From Octopus vulgaris (lineage: Eukaryota): a stretch of 64,000 bases of DNA. Numbering within the stretch: the stretch's first letter is position 1; each line of letters begins with the position of its first letter. Both the position numbers and the translations under genes were made by a program. Shown piece after piece: positions 1 to 11,735 of the stretch. The stretch lies in contig OX597817.1 in the NCBI GenBank assembly GCA_951406725.2, positions 44,702,001-44,766,000 of the forward strand, given 5' to 3'. The notes under the pieces were generated by a model. It searched no databases, had not been told where the DNA came from, and saw only the letters and a program-made list of their open reading frames with translations.

Positions 1-400
1 AAGATATTTAACCAGAGGCGGTAAATTCGCCACAAGAGAAGCAAGGTTCGAGTCAACAGAGCGTGCAAGTGAGTACTCGACTCGAACTTGCAAAGTGGAA
101 ATATTTTAGTTTTACCTTTATATCTGGGACGTAGGACGTGCCGGATAAAAATTAACCCCCCACCCGGAAGTTGAGGAAGGCTGGATTGTAGCCACACTTC
201 TATACAAGAGGGAGGACAAGATACAATTGATCGAAATTGCTAGAGACGGGCTTACAATTCCAGTCTGTTATATATTTTGAGTATTGTCATCACTAGCGAT
301 ATCAAGATATAACTTTGTATTTTGTATTTTATGTGTAGATGTATATATATATAGATGTACATGTAATATGTACACATATATATACACATATATACATGCA

Positions 401-430
401 CTAGCACTATGACCCGGCAACGAAGGGTCT
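401..430 (-). mobile_element. Helitron-like 3' terminus (hairpin followed by CTAG)
   Basis: CTAG at 401-404 preceded by A; GACCC(411-415)/GGGTC(425-429) hairpin; same layout as the end of the element at 12582. No 5' end found. Confidence 0.4.
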
Positions 431-493
431 TTAATGATAGTATATTTATAATTGACTGCTTTCTTTCGTTTATCTCCACATCTATCACCTCGC

Positions 494-530
<37 letters not shown>

Positions 531-1379
531 GACCCTTCTAAGACCTGCTACCCTTACATTCTGTCTCACTACAATCTTTCTCTTTCTGTTTCTGCCTTAT
601 TTTACAAATTTATTTTTACCATATTTTTTTTACGTTTTTTCTCCCGATCCGCGTAGCTAAGTTTTCATTCTTCCCTCATTACCTACAGTATCATTTACAC
701 CTTCTCCTTCTCTGTCTCTATGATTCTTCCTCTATCACTGTGTTGTATGTACAGCGTTCTTTACTCTTTGACTGCCATTAAACTAAATTGGTGCACTCAT
801 GCTGCACCGCTTCTGGTAACTCTCCATTACTTTCTCTCTATCTCTCAATACAATGTAAATCGTGACTAGAAAAATCTGTAAATCACCCAACGTTTATATC
901 GGCTATTGTGTAAATAATATGGTCGATTTAATTTAGATTATGCGTATTGGTGTGTTTCACCAGAACAAGTCTGATCGAAGAAGTCTATGATCAAAAGCGT
1001 TCCAAAGAACATGGCCATCGTTCCTTTTAATATGTTTCATAATATTTAAGCCTTAGGCCGACGTATTTGAGAGAAATATTTTTAGTCGATTACATCGATC
1101 AAGTATTTGACAGGTATTTTGATTTCAGACGAATTTAACCTTGGTGAGACTAGAGATCAGAATGTTAGTATGAGATGACGCAACTAAATACCACAAAACA
1201 TTTTAAACAATACCGAACAATGCAAGCTTGTACCGCTCCGCGTTCGGATTTCGTGGTGTTGATAAGTCACAAAAGCGACGAAACATCGATGTGAATCGAT
1301 CCTGGATGGAACCTAAAGCGAGTTACCTCCCTTGTCTATACTGACTTCCTGGCGCATTGATGAGAATATACTTCCTTAC

Positions 1380-1912
1380 TTACATGTACTTGTGACGGCG
1401 TTCACCCAGGGTGGGTTGAGCCGGCTTCTTCTCTGGTCCTAACGGCATCACGAACCATGGTGGCCCACGCTCGACAGTCCTGCGCGAGGTCACTGCAGAT
1501 AGCGAGACATTCGCGGTTCCATCTGCGCAGGCCGACTACCTACGGACCTGAGAGTTTGGATAGGTCCTCCTTTATCGTCGTTGCCCAGGTCTGCAGCTGC
1601 CCGCCCGTGCGTTTGCGCCAGCTGGGAAGTGGAGGTGGGAGAAGGACATCGCGAATCAGCTCACCCTTAAGCGCCGTTGTAGAAGCACCGAAGGGAGGGA
1701 CCGGAGATTCAGGCGATGACGAAGACCTGCTGTAGGACCCCGATCACTGCGTCGGCAGCGAAGAATGCGGCGGAGACAGTCATTGTCGAACACCTCCAGC
1801 CTTCGCTGATCGACTACGCTCATAGGCCGTGTTTCACAACCATAGGGGAGGATAGTACGAACGACGGCCTGGTAGATTCGCCCTTTGGTCACCGAGGAGA
1901 CCTCTCTTCTGT
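1380..1912 (-). mobile_element. 5'-truncated, decayed RTE-clade LINE (C-terminus of ORF plus 3' tail)
   Basis: Translation RIYQAVVRTILPYGCET...RRLEVFDNDCLRRIL...GGQLQTWATTIKEDL...DLAQD is typical of the RTE post-RT region; 3' tail CAAGTA/GTAA; flanking direct repeat ATGAGAATATA at 1360-1370 and 1913-1923 (TSD). Confidence 0.85.
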
Positions 1913-2371
1913 ATGAGAATATATTCTCTTACGACTAAAAGCACAGGCTACACACGTACTAGTAAAACAGATGTTGTGTATGTGCGTTCGATATTGTTTA
2001 TATCCATCGAGCAGCTTCTAATTCGTAGTTAAACGTTTAAAAAGTTCCTCATAGAGCGATATTTTAATTTACATGAGATTTAACTTCTATATCTAGCAGG
2101 TTAAAGGATTTCGTGGAAGCTCTTTGCTGCCTTCTTTCATACATTATTATTATACGTGATTGATTGCAGTAAAAGCTCTATTACTAATATATTTAAATCA
2201 ATGCACACAATTGTTATTTCCAATACTGTCAAAATCAACTTGCTTTTTTCGTTCTTGCAGGTGATGTTAAACTAGGTAAACACAATAAGCTCAGGTGGGT
2301 GTAATCTAATATAATCCTCCCCGGCATCGATTAGCCTTGAGTTAAACGAAGTAAGCATACACATTATGTAC

Positions 2372-2566
2372 ATGTATATTCATACACATACACACACACA
2401 CACACACACATATTTATATATACATATATATACATTTATATATATATGTATGTATATATATATGTATATATATATGTATATACATATATATATACACACA
2501 TATATATATATATAAATATATACACAAATATATATAAATATATACATATATAAAAATATATATATG

Positions 2567-2623
<57 letters not shown>

Positions 2624-2845
2624 ATATACATGTGTGCATATGTATATACATATACATATATATATATAATATTTAGATATATACTTATTTCTATGCATAT
2701 ATATATACATATATATGTATGTATGTATCTACGTATTCATATATGTATAAGTACTTATAAACATACCTTTATATGCATATACACGCGTATACAAACACAC
2801 ACATACACTCACACGCATGCATACACACACAGACACACACATAAG
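2372..2845. repeat. Compound (CA)n/(TA)n/(TATG)n microsatellite
   Basis: Read directly from the sequence. Confidence 0.95.
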
Positions 2846-3010
2846 CTAAAATAAATATGAGGTCTCGTTTGTGATTATTATACACATGATGAAATTCAAA
2901 GCTGCTCTATCAAATTAATGATCCGTATCAAGAATATGGCTGAGGGGAAAACACCTCAGTGAAGCTTTCTGCATACTGCATTCAAATGCAATGGGGTCTC
3001 TTTTATGTAA

Positions 3011-3267
3011 TACAGTTAGCTGATCATGTTGATTCAGTAGGATTATTCATGCAATTAAACGATAAAAAAAAAATCCCCTGTTGAGGTGTTTAAAATCAAC
3101 AGGAACAGCAACTAAGTAAGATATATTGAATGAAGTGAGTTAATTGAAATTTTCGGGGAAACTTTAATCGATAGAGATTGTGCTAGATTTAGTCTTAAGC
3201 TTCCTGGTTGAAGCAGTTGAGTCGTCTGTGTCACATCATCAGCGATGCATTTTTACCCTTGTTAGAA
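3011..3267 (+). repeat. Copy 1 of a ~250-bp local direct repeat (copy 2 at 4746-4996)
   Basis: TACAGTTAGCT...ATTCATGCAAT...CCTGTTGA..TCAACAGG...TTGTTAGAA is colinear in both copies, with scattered substitutions. Confidence 0.9.
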
Positions 3268-3514
3268 GCTTAAGTAGAAGCTATTAATATATATATAATC
3301 TAAAACATACACGCACACTCATACATACACATACAAACACACACAAGCACATATACAGAAACATACGTGCACATGCACACATACATGCACACACAAGCAC
3401 ACACACGGATACACAAGAATATTTATACATATATATATATATATATAAATGTATGTATGTATGTATGTATGTATGTATGTATGTATGTATGTATGTATGT
3501 TTGTATGTATATAC

Positions 3515-4350
3515 AAAGTTGTTTGCCTTAAAGGAAAATCAAGTAGCGTATCTTATCCCAAAATAAATGTATGTTAAAGAAAGCAAAAAGTATCCATTAT
3601 ATTCTGGCTGGGAAATTGAAATTTGCTCAGCTTCCACCACGTCCTCAATGCCTCCGGAACCTAGCGTATGCGTTCCTTACTGGATCCCTGAAAAAGTATT
3701 CAAACTCCTCCTTAATCTTGGCGACAAGCTCGATGAGCGGTGGGTGACTTTCTAAACCACGCCCTACACATTGAAATGCATAGGATTACAATCGAGCGAA
3801 TTACAAGGACAAAAATAGGGGCTGGTGAAGTCACAGAAATTCGCCGCCAGCCACTTCTGACAGTTTCCGGAGGTATGACAAAATTCCTTCCAACAGCAAT
3901 CCTCTCCAGTCCTGAGATTATTTCCTGTCTCATATCACTTCACATATCCCTCTGAATTGAGTCTAAGTCCTTGTTCAAGCACTCGGGGACGAAAATCAGC
4001 GTACAAACCCAGTGGGAATATTTGCTATTACCTTTTCTGTAGTGCATTGATTGGTAGTCTCCATTGCATTGATTGGTAGTCTCTTAGTGTCTCCGCAGAG
4101 TTCACATTGTATTGAGCAGCAAACATGATGTCAGCATTTCAATAAATATCGCGAATCATCATGATACAGGTAACCCGTTTCCAGTATTTAGAAGGTCCTC
4201 TGTTCCCCACGTCTGTTAACTTTTTCCGATTACAACTTAAATCTTAATGTTTTCCAACACCGATGGCTGTTTTGCAACACATCAGACTGTTTCTCAAAAT
4301 AGATGCAAAACAGCATCGAATTTAACCCGAAAGCACATTATTTATGTACA
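3515..4350 (-). pseudogene. Decayed, internally deleted Tc1/mariner-superfamily (maT/DD37D-like) transposase
   Basis: Minus-strand reading HTSGNCQKWLAANFCDFTSPYFCPCNSLDCNPMHFNV*GVV* matches the WPPNSPDxNPxDYxVW motif; it is followed by ELVAKIKEEFE...VRNAYARFR. Boundaries approximate; TIRs not recognised. Confidence 0.75.
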
Positions 4351-4384
4351 TGCATTCATACATCCATTTATACATACATACACT

Positions 4385-4681
4385 AGGCGCAATGGCCCAG
4401 TGGTTAGGGTTGCGGATTCGCGATCGTAGGATCGCGGTTTCGATTCCCAGACCGGGCGTTGTGAGTGTTTATTGAGCGAAAACACCTAAAATTCCACGAG
4501 GCTCCGAAAGTGGGTAGTGGCGACCCCTGCTGTACTCTTTCGCCACAGTTTTCTCTCACTCTTTCTTCAGTTGGCCTGCTCGCTTAGCCAGCGGGGTGGC
4601 CTCATTTGAAGGCTAAAACAATGCGAAGTGCATTGTAACCAGCGATGTGCAGCAACATCTGATAGCCTGGTCGGTCACGGG
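4385..4681 (+). mobile_element. tRNA-derived SINE, family A
   Basis: A-box TGGCCCAGTGG, B-box-like GGTTTCGATTCC, body shared with 50596-50906; followed by (CATA)n. Confidence 0.85.
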
Positions 4682-4745
4682 GATATACATACATACATAC
4701 ATACATACATACATACATACATACATACATACATACATACATACA

Positions 4746-4996
4746 TACAGTCAGCTAAGCATGTCGATTCACTACGATCATTCATGCAATCAAACGATAA
4801 AAAATCCCTGTTGAGTTGTTTAAAATCAACAGGAACAGTAACTAAATAAGATACCATGAATGAAGTGAGTTAATTGAAATTTTCGGGGAAACTTTAATCA
4901 ATAGATTGTGCTTGATTTAGTCTTAAGCTTCCTGGTCGAAGCAATTGAGTTGTCTCTGTGTCATATTATCAGCGATGCATTTTCACCTTGTTAGAA
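4746..4996 (+). repeat. Copy 2 of the ~250-bp local direct repeat
   Basis: Colinear with 3011-3267. Confidence 0.9.
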
Positions 4997-5035
4997 CGAT
5001 TATAAAAGATAATGATAATAATGTTATTAATAATG

Positions 5036-5540
5036 CAAAAAATTGGTACGAACATAAACCTTAAGGCATCATCGAACATCATAATGCAAAGAGCCTATGG
5101 GATTTTATGACTGAGTGCGACCATGAGATAGAGAATAGGAAACTAGTCGTAGTGTTAATTGAGAAAGGAAGCAAACGATGCTGGATCATGTATGTAATAT
5201 GCCCAGCTGACAACAAGGTATGCGATACGGAAGAAAGAAAAGTCGATAGATATGACAGGTTAGCTTGGGAGGTTAAGCAGTTGTGGTCACTAAAAAATGT
5301 GGCAATAGTATGAATAAATGTCGGAGCCCTGGGAAAAGTGAGTGAAATTCTTGAGAAGTATATGGAATAAATAAGAGCTGCAATAAGGGTGGAGCACTTT
5401 CTGAAAATAGGACTACTTGGAACCACTGGAAACTCCGGATGGTACACGAAAAATAAGGGGTGCTACCTTAGTTCACTGGTAGGGAATAGCTGACACCGTA
5501 GTACATCTCGAGCGTCAGAAGCTGTGCAAAGACAATAAAA
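5036..5540 (+). mobile_element. Decayed 3' fragment of R4/Dong-like REL-endonuclease LINE
   Basis: WYEHKP...LWDF..ECDHEIENRK...EERKVDRYDRLAWEVKQLW...VGALG..GLLGT with stops; runs into (AAT)n. Confidence 0.8.
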
Positions 5541-5752
<212 letters not shown>

Positions 5753-5915
5753 GCAAAAATAGAAGAGTGCCATTGTTATCAAGTGAACGATATTTCGATA
5801 TCTCGTGTGTCTTCCACGTGTTGAAAAAATAAACTTGTCAATCTACTTCATTTTGGTTAATATTTATGGCACTGAGGTAACTCCTCCAGAACATATAATA
5901 ATAATAATAATAATG

Positions 5916-5948
<33 letters not shown>

Positions 5949-6025
5949 TATACATATATACTCATGTTTTTATTCTAGATTTCCTGTTTGCTTCGCCAAA
6001 CCAATATATACTAATATATATACAT

Positions 6026-6074
<49 letters not shown>

Positions 6075-6875
6075 TGTGTGTGTGTGTGTGTACGCATAGA
6101 AAAAACGTACACAAACACAAACTCACATAGAAACATACATGCATATGCTTTCGGTGTCAATGGCTTTTTATACGGCGCCTTTTTGCAATCCTGTAAATAA
6201 TAATAATGATATTTTTATATAAGCTTAAAGCTTATATGAAAATACACGCATATATACACATACAAAGGTTACAGGAAGAGAGAGAAGGAGAAAGAGGGTA
6301 AGAGATAAACAGAAGGAGAGAAAGAGAGAGAAAGAAATGTAACGTACTGAAACTAATTGTGAATGTTATGGTAGAAGCAATACCAGTAACTTAGTGGAAG
6401 TACAATCGATAAAAATCTGCTCATGTAGCAATTGCAAAATAATCAAATTTCTAGAACATTACTCTGTCCCGATGAAGGGTAATCGAATCAAACACTCTGG
6501 GTATAATTACCCGAAGATAATGAAGCATTCCCTGAACATGGGTCAACAAATGAGACTTACTGAAAGTCGAGAACGACGGAGTTGGTAGCAGTTTTTAAAC
6601 CAAATGGAACAAGCGAGAAACTGCGCAGGTGGACGCAAAGCGAACAAGCGGGATTTCCGCTAATCACTGTTTCATATTACTCCTTTGATCGATAAACATG
6701 ACTTCATGAATTCCACACGAGGTGATCTGCATTTATCTGTAATATTCATGCAGTCTGTGATATCGTCAGTTAATATGATGTACTCCCGTGTTGCTGGCTT
6801 CTTGCTGTGGTGCAGCATCAGTACTCTACGTTATCTTGCTTCCGTTTACGTAAACAAAGACGTTATCAGCCTAAA

Positions 6876-7242
6876 CTTACTTACTTGTACTTGTGGTGAC
6901 ATTCACCCTGGGCGGATTGAGTCGGTTTCTTCTACTCATGGAAAAAGTTTCCTGGGAATTTGTGGATTTCACAAGCGGTCCCCAACAATCCCGCATGTGG
7001 AGACATCCTGTTTGCCGCAGATTGTCCGCAGACGCAGGGACAGAACGACCGGGGAGCCGCCGGTTGCCGAAGCAGACACTCCGAGGATTTTCACCAGAGC
7101 CCTGTCTGCCGGGTTGTTCCCCTAATACCACTCGGTGTCTGACCAATCCGCCTTGGAAGGCCCTACCAGGAACCGAAGTTCCCGACGGCATAGCTCTGAC
7201 ACTACCCGTTGCCAGCGTCCCCACCACGGTGAGGAGGGGATG
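6876..7242 (-). mobile_element. Bipartite non-autonomous RTE derivative (5'UTR fused to the last ~60 nt)
   Basis: 6876-6932 aligns with the RTE 3' end at ~1376-1432; the distal part has RTE-type 5'UTR motifs (GAGCTATGCCG...CCTGGTAGGG..CCAAGGCGG); imperfect 17-bp TSD at 6859-6875 / 7243-7259. Confidence 0.7.
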
Positions 7243-7576
7243 GACTTTGTCAGCCCAAAGATACGAAACAAGAAAAAAATATACACGGTTACTCGATATG
7301 ACAAAATAGCAACCATGGCTTTACACCAATGTCTTCAAAATGAAAGAATACACTGGATAACTCTTTCAAACATAGGGCCATGGTCGGAAATTTTGGGTGA
7401 GAATACAAATCGATTACACCAAGGCCAATGCTCAATTTGTACTTGTTTTATCAACTCCTAAAGGATAAATGGTAACATCGATCTCTGCGGAATTTGAATT
7501 CAAAAGGTAAATGTGGCTAAGCATTTTGTCCAGCGTGCAAACAATTCTGCCAACACGTTGTCTTCTGTCCAGAAGA

Positions 7577-7975
7577 TAATCTTTTCGACTCTAGGCACAA
7601 GGTTCGAAATTTTGGCGGAGGGGACCAGTCGATTAGATCGACCCCAGTTCGCAACTGGTACTTAATTTAACGATCTCGAAAGGATGAAAGGTAAAATCGA
7701 CCTCGGCGGAATTTGAACTCAGAACGTAACGTCAGACGAAATACCTATTTCTTTACTACCCACAAGGGGCTAAACATAGAGGGGAAAAACAAGGACAGAC
7801 ATAGGTATTAAGTCGATTACATCGACCCAGTGCGTAACTGGTACTTAATTTAACGACCTCGAAAGGATGAAAGGTAAAGTCGACCTCGGCAGAATTTGAA
7901 CTCAGAACGTAACGTCAGACGAAATACCGCTACGCATTTCGCCTGGTGTACTAACGTTTCTGCCAGTTCACCGCT
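7577..7975 (-). mobile_element. tRNA-derived SINE family B, dimer (tail type 1 then tail type 2)
   Basis: Head GCGGTGAACTGGCAGAAACGTTAG, B-box GAGTTCAAATTC, unit junction AAGAAATA|GGTATTTCG at 7746/7745. Confidence 0.88.
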
Positions 7976-8026
7976 GTTGACATACGAAATACCTCTAAGC
8001 ATTTCGCCCGGCGTGCTAACATTTCT

Positions 8027-8259
8027 TATTTCTTTATTGCCCACTAGGTGCTAAACACAGAAGGGAAAAACAAGGAAAGACAAACGGATTAAGTCGATTA
8101 TATCGACCCCAGTGCGTAACTGGTACCTATTTAATCGACCCTGAAAGAATGAAAGGCAAAGTCGACCTCGGCGGAATTTGAACTCAGAACGTAGCAGCAG
8201 ACGAAATACTGTTGAGAATTTCGCCCGGCGAGCTAACGATTCTGCCAGCTCGCCGCCTT
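8027..8259 (-). mobile_element. SINE family B monomer, followed by an extra head fragment (7984-8026)
   Basis: Full head, core GAGGTCGACTTTGCCTTTCA and tail ...AAGAAATA. Confidence 0.88.
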
Positions 8260-8903
8260 TCTGTTCTGTACATAATACTAGAAAGAATAGTTTCAATTAG
8301 AACTTCTTTTGAACGAGGAAAAAAAAAAACTAGCGACAGAAAGAAATGTATTTGCATATGAAAGATAAGAAATGTTCTGAAATTAACGGTTCTTTAGGCT
8401 ACCAGAGGAACTATTTACAAAATTAACAATAACAATATATTCTCACACTTATTCTCAGATAACAAAATACATTAAAACATCACATGAACCAATAATAAAT
8501 CACTGCAAAATCTGAACCGAATAGTTTGAAGTATCGTCATAATTTCACTTCTTTTATTTTTTCGTCCAGCACAGTTAATTCCAATGACAGACGTGAAAGA
8601 AACACTTCACACATAAAGTGTACATCTGTAGTCAATTTAAGCAATAAGCTACACACAATCAAAGAACACAGAATCTACGCTCAGTGCAACATAACCTTAA
8701 CGACACTAAAAATATATTTACATAAATAAAAACAAATTAATCTTAGACAACATTTACGTCACTAATGCACCTGGAGTTGCATAAAACTAGACATTACATG
8801 CAACTGCTCTACGATATTTGATATGTATTTAGATAACTGTATTTAAAGTAAATCAGTGAACAAATGAGGTGAGTTCTAACAGATACCCTTTATGACCAAC
8901 AGA

Positions 8904-9318
8904 AGGCGGCGAGCTAGCAGAAACGTTAGCGCGCCGAGAGAAATGCTTAGCAGTATTTCGTCGGTCGTTACGTTGTGATTTCAAATTCCGCCGAGATTGA
9001 CTTTGCCATTCATCCTTTCGGGGTCGATAAATAAAGTACCAGTTTCGCACTAGGTCGATGTAATCGACTTAATACCTTTGTCTGTCCTTGTTTGTCCCCT
9101 CTGTGTTTAGCACATTGTCGGTGGTAAAGAAATAGGTATTTCGTCTGTCGCTACGTTCTGAGTTCAAATTCCGCCGAGGTCGACTTTGCTTTTCATCCTT
9201 TCGGGGTCGATAAATAAAGTACCATTTACGCACTGGGGTCGATGTAATCGACTTAATCCGTTTGTCTGTCCTTGTTTGTCCCCTCTGTGTTTGGCCCATT
9301 GTGGGTAGTAAAGAAATA
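8904..9318 (+). mobile_element. SINE family B dimer
   Basis: Head at 8904; second 184-bp unit starts 9135 after AAGAAATA. Confidence 0.9.
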
Positions 9319-9639
9319 TTATAGGAATAGCGTTTCAAATCTGTCATTCGTGAAAAGTAATGGTTTTATTAAAACAATGAAGTCCACAAAACCTACAACT
9401 ACACAGTAAGATCTGTGAGCCGCCTATGAAAGTATCAGCTTCAGATTCTAGATGTATTAATCGGCAATATGCAGTTATAAGCAGACGATATCTATACGAT
9501 GTGTGACATTGCTGGACGGAAGATAGTCGAGTTTCACAAAATTGCATAAAAGATGAATTTCATGAGAACACTGCTATTTACAAAGCGTAAACCTGAAACA
9601 TCGTAGTGTAAATTGGATTATACTTGAGGGAAAACAAAC

Positions 9640-9903
9640 ATAGTGAACTCAAACAGTTGGAGTCCGAAAATAGTCTCAAAGAATCTTAGTCGAAAAATCG
9701 TAAAATCGTTAGAAGTCAAAAAATCGTAAAAAATAGGGATTTTATAGAAAAAAAGCACCTTTTTGATGTAAATAATTTTTGGTCGTAACATGGTCCGATT
9801 TGAATTTTATCTCCTACGGAATGAAGAGCAGGCCTTCTTCTATCAAACTAATATAGTGAACTCAAACAGTTGGAGTCCGAAAATAGTCTCAAAGAATCTT
9901 AGT
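9640..9903 (+). repeat. 51-bp perfect direct repeat (9640-9690, 9853-9903) flanking an internal Helitron fragment
   Basis: ATAGTGAACTCAAACAGTTGGAGTCCGAAAATAGTCTCAAAGAATCTTAGT occurs twice; the insert ~9718-9845 aligns with ~12736-12864. Confidence 0.9.
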
Positions 9904-10899
9904 AAGTGAAGAATTTTAATGACTATAAAACATCTCACGTACAACAAATTATATCACAGGAGATACGTTGTATCTTAGATAACAAAATACACTTTAAGAT
10001 GCCCACAAAGACCTGCAACACATAGAATCGCAGTAATTTTGGAGATGTTACATACATTTGGAGAAATTTCCCCCACTTGCGCCTTCTCTAGACGCCACTT
10101 TGAAAGTTCCATACATTAGATAGATTAATGTACTCGGTTATAGATATTTGAGTTAGTGCATATAGGGAGCGTAAAAAAAGCTGATTACATATGGCTACAC
10201 GGTGCGGTAAAAATCAATATTATGAACGACTATTGTTATTTCTCCCGAGATGATTCGCTCTCATTTGACCTCATCAGCGATACGAAGTCTATGTCAATGT
10301 ATTTACCTATATCAACTCATCTAACACATACTCTACAGAATGCCATCAAACCTATTACCTTGTATTTGTCAGTAGTGATAAAATAATAATTATGTAAACG
10401 AACAATATTGTAGATTGGTTAGCGCAGGAAAATGTAATTTTTTTTTAGAGAATAAATAATTCACAGACGCCATTCGATGAAAAACACTAAGCTGTATCAG
10501 TATAAAGATATTTATTGAGAGAAACATTGAAAATATTTCTCGAATAATTATACGATGTGGAAAGAGCAATAGTAGTCTATGATTAATTGTATTTTCATTT
10601 AATGATAAGTGTGAACGTCAATGTTACCAGATATGATTTGGACTTACAATATCACACCAACAACACCGCATAAATAATGTTATTGTCATAACGACCGAAA
10701 AATAAATATCTGAACATACTACGATGAGAATCCTCAATTAGAAACAATCTCGCAGAATGCTAACTTGTTAATGGACTCCTGATAAGCAGTAGAAATTTTC
10801 AAAAATTTCTAAATAGCAGTAGCATTCTTGCCTTTCCTGGGACTGCCACGTTAAGTTGGTAACAAACCATCACTCTATCGGGCTGCTACTGTATAAGTT

Positions 10900-11160
10900 T
10901 GTTTGTTCCTTCTCGAGCCACGCCTGGCTCATAGGGCGGGTTTCTCGGCTTCCTTGGCGTATAGGTTCCCCAGATGCAGGAGGATGCAATATGCAGGAGG
11001 AAAGAGTGACAAAAAGTCGTGGTGAAAGAGTCAGCAGAAGTCGCCATTACCTTCTGGTGGAGCCGCGTGGAGCTCATAAACACACACATCGCCCGGAGTG
11101 AGATTCGAACTCGCGATCCCTCGACCGCGAGTCAGCTGCTCTAATAACTAGGCCATGTGC
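10900..11160 (-). mobile_element. tRNA-derived SINE family A (diverged; tail type as in 48733-49057)
   Basis: Reverse complement gives GCACATGGCCTAGTTATTAGAGCAGCTGACTCGCGGTCGAGGGATCGCGAGTTCGAATCTC; tail GAAACCCGCCCTATGAGCCAGGC. Confidence 0.8.
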
Positions 11161-11320
11161 TTGTTTTTCTCTCCTTGTTTTTTCTGTGTCATTTTCTGTA
11201 GAAGAGCGTAGGCTCGAAACGTAAAAGACTTTTTCCATTCCTGAGCGTTATACTAATACATCTGTTTGTTTTGTACACCACCTGTCTTCGTCTTTTGCTT
11301 TTTTCGTAAACACTCTTACT
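11161..11320 (+). mobile_element. Short Penelope-type terminal fragment with variant hammerhead fold (11192-11227)
   Basis: tttt-CTGTAGA-a-gagc(gtag)gctc-GAAA-cg-TA-aaag; second copy on the minus strand at 47710-47870. Confidence 0.55.
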
Positions 11321-11735
11321 TGAATGATCATTTGTATAACTATTCGGTATGTATGCCCAAACTCCTATTTGGTTTTGCCAAAAGCAGATTCTAATATAAT
11401 GCAATTTCAAATCTCAATACGCAAGATTAGGATGGTTTTTTTCTCCTTTTCAACTCTCTTTAAAAAAATACTTTTACACACGAAAAATTTCTTTGTTTCC
11501 ACAATAATTCCTATATTCAACGTTAATTTATAATATATTTCCCAAAGTGGGACTTAAAATATTATTAATAGATTATTTTGAAATTTGATTTATCTTTCAA
11601 AGGATACTTACAACTCATCATTGTTTACCGTTCTGAGCAATAGGATTGAACTAGAAACTATTGACTTGCAAATCGGATGATGTCTCAGAGAACCATGCCC
11701 GCACATATATATTTATATCAGGTGTATATAATTAC

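Noticed and set aside
2380-2854. Numerous YI/HT/CV-rich ORFs here and across the window
   Set aside because: Translations of TA/CA/TG microsatellites, which lack stop codons.
4043-4083. 19-bp direct repeat
   Set aside because: Simple local tandem duplication inside a transposon relic.
4385-4455. tRNA gene
   Set aside because: A/B boxes are present but the acceptor stem is poor, and it continues into a multi-copy SINE body.
6685-7309. GC-rich overlapping ORFs as a host exon
   Set aside because: Explained by the RTE-derived element with its tail and TSD.
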